This document shows, piece by piece, positions 1-6,012 of a stretch of 64,000 nucleotides of DNA. Both the position numbers and the translations under genes were made by a program. The stretch's first letter is position 1, and every line of letters begins with the position of its first letter. Below the pieces are notes generated by a model. The model saw only the letters and a list, made by a program, of their open reading frames with translations. It was not told the origin of the DNA and searched no databases. Source of the DNA: Bacteroidales bacterium (GTDB lineage Bacteria; Bacteroidota; Bacteroidia; Bacteroidales; F082); contig JAZQMX010000048.1 in the NCBI GenBank assembly GCA_045627065.1, forward strand, positions 13,014 through 77,013, in the 5' to 3' direction.

Positions 1-555
1 ATAGTCATCTGATGGTAATGGCGGCCAAAGTACAGTTCCCTGAGGCTGCCAATGACTAAATGCATTGCATCCTTGATAAACACCTATTATTTTTTTTGAT
101 AATGAAGACATTAACGGAGCTACTTTAATCCACTCTTGTACTTTTAAGGTCTTCACACTTGGCATAGCTACTATGAAACACAATGCTGTTTCTAATTGTA
201 GAGAATGAAACGTAGGCGTCGAATTTATCGCTTTTAAATCAAGATATGGGACATAAGCTCTATCATAAATTTTTCTGATACCATTATTATACATTAATTC
301 ATATCCTGAATAATGGTCGCTATGAGGATGTGTTAGAATTGCTTCATTATGCATATAACAGCCAAAACAATTCCTTGAATGGCATCGTGTGAAACGAAAT
401 GGAAAACAATGCTTACATTTTCTTATATGATGTTCAATGCAACAGTTAACGTAGCCATCAAGAGATCCGAAATCTCTTGTGACCAATATGTTATTATCAA
501 GACCGAGCAATATAAAATCACCATGTTTGACATTATAAACTCTAATTTTCGCCAT
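1..555 (-). CDS. Metallo-beta-lactamase-fold protein, N-terminal 185 codons only (runs off left edge)
   Basis: Absent from the ORF track because there is no stop in the window. The minus-strand ATG at 555-553 gives MAKIRVYNVKHGDFILLGLD... The MBL motif THPHSDHYSG is at codons 75-84, in frame by my count. It is preceded by a Cys/His-rich insert, CCIEHHIRKCKHCFPFRFTRCHSRNCFGCYMH. GAAGGAG lies about 10 nt upstream. The gene starts 17 nt after the hsdS stop. Confidence 0.7.
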   Translation of the reverse strand, partial: MAKIRVYNVKHGDFILLGLDNNILVTRDFGSLDGYVNCCIEHHIRKCKHCFPFRFTRCHSRNCFGCYMHNEAILTHPHSDHYSGYELMYNNGIRKIYDRAYVPYLDLKAINSTPTFHSLQLETALCFIVAMPSVKTLKVQEWIKVAPLMSSLSKKIIGVYQGCNAFSHWQPQGTVLWPPLPSDDY

Positions 556-572
556 GTCTTTTTTTCTCCTTC

Positions 573-1712
573 TCACCTCCCCATCCCGGAGAGCATTATC
601 GTTTGTATTTCCGTTAATTTTCTAATTTCTTGTTTGTGCAAAATGACATTTTGAGAAATTACTTCAAATTTTTCAAATATGTCTTTTTGAATCTGTTCCG
701 GTGCGACCGGTACTTTCATCTGTTTCATGTCTTTATCACCAAGGTGCGCAACGGTCGTGCCTTCAATTGAAGATTCTAATTCTTTAATCGTTGGCTGAAT
801 GGCAAAAAGAATTTGATATGCAGATATGAAATTCTCTTTGTTAGGACGGATTCTCACAGTTCGTTGATTTTGATATGCAAATCCACCACTCCAAATTGTC
901 ATATGAAATACGCCGTCCATTCCAATTAAAATATCACCATTTATAATTTCATATTTTGAATCAACTTTTTCCGATGTAAAAGTATAAGATTGATTTTCCA
1001 ATATATCTCTGATGCGAATAATTGGGGTAAGGTTAGCATCCTCACAAAATAACTCAGAATCGAATGGAAATCCGTACAATACATTTCCACAATTAAATAA
1101 AGGGACCCATCTCCATCCTTCCGGCAGGTTTTCTTTGTCGATGCCGTCAACAAACATCTTGCGGTAGAGGGCTTGTGCGGTGGCTTGCAGGGTGGCTATC
1201 GTGCGCTTGGCTACCGCTATGCGCCGCGCCACCGCCTCGTAGTCCGCCACCACCGCCCGCTGCTCCGAAATGGGTGGGACGGGAACCATCGTGGCACACA
1301 TCTCCGCCCAATCGAAAATCTCTCGCGCGCTGCCGTGCGAATGGTATCGCGCATACCGGTCAAATTCCGGGCGGCGGAACCACATCATCAAATATTCGGG
1401 TAACAATTTTTCGCGGTCAACAATTTCAAAAACAACGTACGCCTGCGAAATGATGGCAGGTTCATCGCCCGTGTATAATGCAATGGTTATTTTGTCGCCG
1501 TTGCGCGAGGTCACGGGTCCGTATGCAAATTGTCGCGGCTGCACAATTTTGTATGTTGACATATCCGTTCCAATGGTGTTGGCAATCGATGGGATGAAAC
1601 ATTTTTCGATGCTTAATCCCAATAATTCCGTCACCTTCAAATCACGGTTGCGGATGTCAACGGGACGGATGTAATCGCCGAGGGGGTGGTATGTAGTGGA
1701 TGGTTTCGTCAT
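573..1712 (-). CDS. hsdS: Type I restriction-modification specificity subunit HsdS
   Basis: 379 aa with two target-recognition halves. They are separated by a central conserved helix (ISEQRAVVADYEAVARRIAVAKRTIATLQATAQALYRKMF) and followed by a C-terminal helix. It lies 39 nt downstream of hsdM on the same strand. Confidence 0.9.
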   Translation of the reverse strand: MTKPSTTYHPLGDYIRPVDIRNRDLKVTELLGLSIEKCFIPSIANTIGTDMSTYKIVQPRQFAYGPVTSRNGDKITIALYTGDEPAIISQAYVVFEIVDREKLLPEYLMMWFRRPEFDRYARYHSHGSAREIFDWAEMCATMVPVPPISEQRAVVADYEAVARRIAVAKRTIATLQATAQALYRKMFVDGIDKENLPEGWRWVPLFNCGNVLYGFPFDSELFCEDANLTPIIRIRDILENQSYTFTSEKVDSKYEIINGDILIGMDGVFHMTIWSGGFAYQNQRTVRIRPNKENFISAYQILFAIQPTIKELESSIEGTTVAHLGDKDMKQMKVPVAPEQIQKDIFEKFEVISQNVILHKQEIRKLTEIQTIMLSGMGR

Positions 1713-1730
1713 CGTTTTGTTTTTTTATCT

Positions 1731-1751
1731 GAGACGCACGGCCGTGCGTCT
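1731..1751. repeat. Palindromic hairpin of the GAGACGCA...TGCGTCT family, in the hsdM-hsdS intercistronic spacer
   Basis: gagacgcacggccgtgcgtct forms an 8-bp stem, GACGCACG/CGTGCGTC (1733-1750). The stem begins 1 nt after the hsdM stop codon (1752-1754). Confidence 0.7.
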
Positions 1752-3311
1752 TTACAATTTATACCCCAATTTCTCGAACAATGCCTTCAATTCCGCCTTC
1801 GATTTTTCCTCTTCGGCCAGCAGCTCGCGCAGGTCGCCTTGTAGCTGCTTCATCCTGCTGTCGAAATCGATCTGCTCGTCGCGGTTCACGAATTCGATGT
1901 ATTTGCTGGGCACCAACGAAAAATTCTTTTCCACAATTTCGTCGAAGGTGGCGGAATAGCAATATTCGGGAACGTCGCGATAGGCATCACCCTCCCGCTG
2001 CCAATCGTGGTAGGTGCGGGCCACGCGGGCGATGTCGTCGGCGGTCAGCTGCACGTATTTCTTTTCGTAGGGCGAACCCATCTGTCGCAGGTCCATGAAC
2101 AGCACCTCCTTCTCGCGGTCGCGGTAGTGCACCTCCTCGCCGTTGCGGCTGGCCACGCGGGCCTTCTTGTTGTTGTTCAATATCCACAATGTCACGCTGA
2201 TGTCGGTAGTGTAGAAGAGGTTGCGGGGCAATATCAGGATGGCTTCCACCAGCCCGCGCTCGAGCATCTTCTTGCGGATGGCGTACTCGGTGCCATCGGC
2301 GCTCAGCGCACCGTTGGCCAGAATGAAGCCCGCCACACCGTTGTAGCTCAGCTTGGAGACCATATTCATTATCCAGCCATAGTTGGCGTTGCTGGTAGGA
2401 GGTACCTCGAAGCTGGCCCAGCGGGGGTCGGTGATGAGCTCGTTGGCAGTGCGCCAGCCGCTCTGGTTGAAGGGCGGGTTGGCCATGATGTAGTCGGCCT
2501 TCAGGTCGCGGTGCTGGTCGTTGTGGAAGGTGTCGCCGAGGCGTATGTCGCTTGCGATGCCACGGATGGCGAGGTTCATGCGCGCCAGCTTGTAGGTCGT
2601 CTTGGTGTATTCCTGCCCATAGACGCTGATGTTCTTCTGGTTGCCATGGTGGGCACGGACGAACTTCATCGACTGAACGAACATGCCGCCCGAACCGCAG
2701 CAGGGGTCGTATATCTTGCCGTCGTAGGGCTCTATCATCTCGGCGATGAGGTTGACGATGCTCTTCGGCGTGTAGAACTCGCCCTTGCCCTTGCCTTCGG
2801 CGATGGCGAACTTGCCGAGGAAATACTCATACACGCGGCCAATGATGTCGTTCTCCTCGTCGCGCAGCGTGTCGAGGCGGTTGATCTCGTCGAGCAGGGC
2901 GGCGAACTTGCTCTTGTCGAGACCTAAGTTGCTGTAGTAGTTGGAGGGTAAGGCTCCCGCCAGCTGCTTGTTGGCCTTCTCGATGTTGGCGAGGGCATCG
3001 TCCACAATCTGGAAGATGTTGTCCTGCTTGGCATTGGCTATGATGAACGACCAACGGCACTCCTCGGGGAGGAAGAACACGTTGTCCTTGGCATAGAACT
3101 CTACCATGTCGGCAAACTCGTCGCCATATTGCGCGACGATTTCGCGGCGTTTTTGGTCGAAGTGGTCGCCGGCGTATTTGAGGAAAATGAGGCTGAGCAC
3201 GACGTGCTTGTATTCAGAGGGTTCCACTGAGCCACGCATCTTGTTGCACGACTCCCATAGGGCTTCCTCCATGGGCTTCTCGGGTTTGGTCTTTGTAGCG
3301 GTCTTTGCCAT
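1752..3311 (-). CDS. hsdM: Type I restriction-modification N6-adenine DNA methyltransferase HsdM
   Basis: 519 aa. It has the AdoMet motif DPCCGSGGMF, the catalytic motif IMANPPFNQSGW, and an HsdM N-terminal-like region (VVLSLIFLKYAGD). Confidence 0.95.
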   Translation of the reverse strand: MAKTATKTKPEKPMEEALWESCNKMRGSVEPSEYKHVVLSLIFLKYAGDHFDQKRREIVAQYGDEFADMVEFYAKDNVFFLPEECRWSFIIANAKQDNIFQIVDDALANIEKANKQLAGALPSNYYSNLGLDKSKFAALLDEINRLDTLRDEENDIIGRVYEYFLGKFAIAEGKGKGEFYTPKSIVNLIAEMIEPYDGKIYDPCCGSGGMFVQSMKFVRAHHGNQKNISVYGQEYTKTTYKLARMNLAIRGIASDIRLGDTFHNDQHRDLKADYIMANPPFNQSGWRTANELITDPRWASFEVPPTSNANYGWIMNMVSKLSYNGVAGFILANGALSADGTEYAIRKKMLERGLVEAILILPRNLFYTTDISVTLWILNNNKKARVASRNGEEVHYRDREKEVLFMDLRQMGSPYEKKYVQLTADDIARVARTYHDWQREGDAYRDVPEYCYSATFDEIVEKNFSLVPSKYIEFVNRDEQIDFDSRMKQLQGDLRELLAEEEKSKAELKALFEKLGYKL

Positions 3312-3349
3312 AGTGAGGGTGTTTTGGTGATGAATCTGTTTTATGCCTA

Positions 3350-3357
3350 CAAAATTA
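3350..3357 (-). promoter_or_regulatory. Bacteroidota sigma-A -7 box (TAATTTTG) for hsdM
   Basis: The reverse complement of caaaatta matches TAnnTTTG. It lies about 40 nt upstream of the hsdM ATG (3311). Confidence 0.5.
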
Positions 3358-3516
3358 CATTTTCTTTTTGATAAGACACCTTATAAATTGAACATATCTG
3401 AATCAAATTATGAAAATAGGACCTTCTCGGCCACGGAAGCATGTAGGCTTCTGCGTTTTGCTTCGCAAAATTATCTACCCAAATGGACACTGCGTGTCAT
3501 CGTGTGGGATTTTTGA

Positions 3517-3590
3517 TTATGAGACGCAAAATCTTGCGTTTTTACATACAATGACGACCCGTGTTTATGAGACGCAAAATCTTGCGTCTC
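3517..3590. repeat. Two direct copies of a 23-nt unit, each carrying a palindromic hairpin (GAGACGCA family)
   Basis: ttatgagacgcaaaatcttgcgt occurs at 3517-3539 and 3565-3587 (48-nt spacing). The stem is ACGCAA/TTGCGT. The second copy extends to gagacgcaaaatcttgcgtctc (3569-3590). Confidence 0.85.
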
Positions 3591-3714
3591 TACAGATGTG
3601 ACGTTATCGGGTTCTGGTCCCGTCATTTTGGGTTCTGGTTTTTGCCGTTCGCCTTTTTTTTGATTTTTTTGAAATTTTTTCATTCATGGACGCGCAGTGT
3701 CCATCAAGAGGCGT

Positions 3715-3722
3715 TATCTTTG
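3715..3722 (+). promoter_or_regulatory. Bacteroidota -7 box (TATCTTTG) for the WYL regulator gene
   Basis: Matches TAnnTTTG. It lies 34 nt upstream of the ATG at 3756. Confidence 0.55.
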
Positions 3723-3755
3723 TCGCATGATAAAATTAAATAGGAGGACTGAAAA

Positions 3756-4640
3756 ATGAAACAACTCGACGCACTGGTATGGATGATGAAAAAGACCTAC
3801 AGCGCCGGCAAGCGTGGCATCACCTTCGAGAGCCTCGCACGCCAGTGGGAGAACGAAGGCAACGACGAGGAGTTCCTGCGTCGCACCTTCCAACGCCGCA
3901 TCAACGCCATCCGCGAGCTGTTCGGCATCCATATCAAGCACATCGGCAACGGGTTCTATGCCATCACCGAAGCCGACAACGACATGGCACTCATGTCGGA
4001 GTGGTTCTTCAACTCCTATTATCTGCTCGACAAGGCGATACACCACAGCGAGCTGAAGCGTTGCATCCGCTACGAGCCTACACACCGTGGCACAGCCATC
4101 CTGGCACCTATCGTCGATGCCATCGTCGAGAAACGCCGCATCGCCTTCGGCTATCTCCGTTCATACGAGGACGCTACGCAACGCCGCGTGTCGCCGTTGG
4201 GCCTCTACCTCTATCAGCGCGAATGGTATCTGGTGGGCGAACAGGACGACGCCTCGCGCCGCTGTTTCGCCCTCGACCGCATCGGCGAAATCACCTTGCT
4301 CGACGAGACTTATGTCTATCCCGCCTCGTTCAGCATCGACGCCTATTTCCGCGATGCCTTCGGCATCTTCCGGCCCGAAGACGGCAAGGTCGAGAAGGTG
4401 GTGCTGCGCTTCTATGGCGACCGCGTCAAATACATCGAGAACATGCCGCTGCATCCTTCCCAAACACTGGAGAAGGTGGATGCCGCAAGCAGCACCTTCA
4501 GCTACAAACTCTTCCTCACCCCCGACCTGGAAGAACGTATCATGAGCTTCGGCGATAGGGTAGAGGTGCTGAACCCCGTCACGCTACGCCGCAAAATCGG
4601 AGAGAAACTTAAGAAAGCTTATTCGTATTATACTGATTGA
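3756..4640 (+). CDS. WYL-domain transcriptional regulator (wHTH-WYL-WCX architecture, BrxR/CapW-like)
   Basis: 294 aa. The N-terminal winged-HTH-like segment is GITFESLARQW...RTFQRRINAIRELFGIHI. The WYL core is VSPLGLYLYQREWYLVGEQ. The C-terminal extension is typical of WYL regulators. Confidence 0.8.
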   Translation: MKQLDALVWMMKKTYSAGKRGITFESLARQWENEGNDEEFLRRTFQRRINAIRELFGIHIKHIGNGFYAITEADNDMALMSEWFFNSYYLLDKAIHHSELKRCIRYEPTHRGTAILAPIVDAIVEKRRIAFGYLRSYEDATQRRVSPLGLYLYQREWYLVGEQDDASRRCFALDRIGEITLLDETYVYPASFSIDAYFRDAFGIFRPEDGKVEKVVLRFYGDRVKYIENMPLHPSQTLEKVDAASSTFSYKLFLTPDLEERIMSFGDRVEVLNPVTLRRKIGEKLKKAYSYYTD

Positions 4641-4695
4641 GAATGAATTCGAACGCCACATATTGCCCTATCCCATTACATGACCGCGAAATGTG

Positions 4696-4947
4696 TCCTC
4701 CGCATTACGAAGGCGTTTTGCAGTCTCGTCATTTGGATATTCCGCATTGCGATAGCGTTTTGCAATCCCACAATTTGGATATTCTCCTTTGCGGATGCAT
4801 TTTACATGTGCGTGAATCGCTCATCCCTCATCGCAGAAGCGTTTTGCAACGTGATCATTCGAACCGTCCTCGTTACGGAAGCATTTTACCAATTCAAAAT
4901 TTGAATCATCCTCGATGCGAGCGTGTTTTACGACTTCGTAACTCGCA
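4696..4947. repeat. Six tandem degenerate 42-bp repeats (exact 42-nt phase)
   Basis: The core GCGTTTTGCA or a variant recurs at 4713, 4755, 4797, 4839, 4881 and 4923, which is exactly 42 nt apart. Units 1 and 2 match at about 31 of 42 positions by hand alignment. Later units are more diverged. Confidence 0.85.
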
Positions 4948-5119
4948 TCCCAAATATTTCATAGCCACAGCTAAACGATATGCTAGTGCTACCACATCTA
5001 TCCAACAAACACAATCAACTAAACAAAATCCAACAAACAAAAACATCAACAACGGAATGAATTACTATGAAGGAAGAGACAAGACTTATGGATGTGGATG
5101 GCCATCATTTTTTTTGGAA

Positions 5120-5890
5120 ATGAAGTATATTACTTTTGCTAGAAACTGTCATGCTTCGGAAGCATCGGCAGTTGCCACTCGCCTCGTGGCGCTATATGAA
5201 GGCATGGAGTTCCCTGAGGACTCATATCTGCGTAACGCTATGTCGGATTTCAAGGATCTGGCTGTGCGTATTGACTCGGCTGTGGACCGCAAGGTTCGTG
5301 CAGCCTACGACACTGAAGACGCCCAGCGTGCCCAGTGCCTGCGTTCGTTGTATCACTTGCTGCGTAGTGCCGTGGCATCGCAAGATGCCAACGTGAGTGC
5401 TCATGCGGCGGTAGTCTATCAAGCCTTCCGTTCGTGCGGTCTCTCGGTGCTTCACAAGGGCCTCGACGAGCGTACGGGTCATATCGACTCGTTGCTCACC
5501 GACCTCTCTGCCACCGAAATCCAGTCGCACATCGCAGCGGTGCCTGGTCTGGCCGACAGCATCAGCCAACTCGAAACGGCTCAACAAGCCTTCGAGGCCA
5601 AGCGTGTCGACTATCAGTCGCGCCGTGGCGCAATGCAGAACTCCGACTGTGCTTCTGCACTGAAACTGAGGGTGATGGACATGGTGAACAACACTATCCT
5701 TCCTTACTTCGGTACCATGGCCAAGGTGAAAGGCGGAGTCTATGCCGACTTCAACGACACCTTGTGTCAGGTGGTTGCGTCGGCCAATGCTAGCGCTAAG
5801 CTGCATTCGCGCCACAAGAAAACCGAAGTGGAACAGGAGCCGACCTATGTCGCACCAACTAATGAAGAGGGAGGACCTCTCACGGCATAG
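5120..5890 (+). CDS. Hypothetical alpha-helical protein (possibly the Bacteroidota family annotated DUF6261; unverified)
   Basis: The track ORF 4637-5890 is trimmed to the in-frame ATG at 5120 (MKYITFARN...). The upstream part is the 42-bp repeat array plus an A-rich stretch with a T8 run just before the ATG. The start is uncertain; 4643 and 5057 are alternatives. Confidence 0.5.
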   Translation: MKYITFARNCHASEASAVATRLVALYEGMEFPEDSYLRNAMSDFKDLAVRIDSAVDRKVRAAYDTEDAQRAQCLRSLYHLLRSAVASQDANVSAHAAVVYQAFRSCGLSVLHKGLDERTGHIDSLLTDLSATEIQSHIAAVPGLADSISQLETAQQAFEAKRVDYQSRRGAMQNSDCASALKLRVMDMVNNTILPYFGTMAKVKGGVYADFNDTLCQVVASANASAKLHSRHKKTEVEQEPTYVAPTNEEGGPLTA

Positions 5891-5909
5891 GCAAAACACT
5901 TTTTAATCT

Positions 5910-6001
5910 CTGCTTAATATGACTTAACCAAAAGCCCTTATTAAGCAGTAAGAACCAGCCTCACATAAACGGCCATTCCGCCATCCATAATGGGGCTGGT
6001 T
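5910..6001. terminator. Convergent-gene hairpins between the hypothetical CDS and alaS
   Basis: ctgcttaat/attaagcag spans 5910-5948. aaccagcc/ggctggtt spans 5953-6001 and is followed by tgtttatt. The loops are long, so this is weak as a classical terminator. Confidence 0.35.
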
Positions 6002-6012
6002 TGTTTATTATC

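Noticed and set aside
379-654. A 91-aa plus-strand ORF spanning the hsdS/MBL junction.
   Set aside because: It is antisense to both better-supported minus-strand genes and has AT-rich, low-complexity content.
573-1712. A phase-variable hsdS shufflon (invertible specificity genes).
   Set aside because: The window holds no second hsdS copy, no inverted hsdS fragments and no site-specific recombinase. Only a compositional junction is seen.
2007-2927. A 306-aa plus-strand ORF, with several smaller ones, inside hsdM.
   Set aside because: It is antisense to hsdM, which carries clear methyltransferase motifs. Its composition is a mirror-frame artefact.
3410-3743. Small ORFs (60-70 aa) on both strands in the hsdM/WYL intergenic region.
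   Set aside because: They are built from the repeated hairpin sequence (for example ETQNLA twice). They lie in a divergent promoter region and show no coding signature.
4696-4947. The 42-bp tandem array considered as a CRISPR array.
   Set aside because: The units are contiguous and degenerate, with no alternating unique spacers. There are no cas genes, and no conserved palindromic repeat of CRISPR type.
4637-5119. The N-terminal 161 codons of track ORF 4637-5890 considered as real coding sequence.
   Set aside because: The ORF begins with a TTG overlapping the WYL stop, runs through the repeat array, and then through an A-rich promoter-like stretch. A second frame is equally open. I kept it as an alternative hypothesis only.
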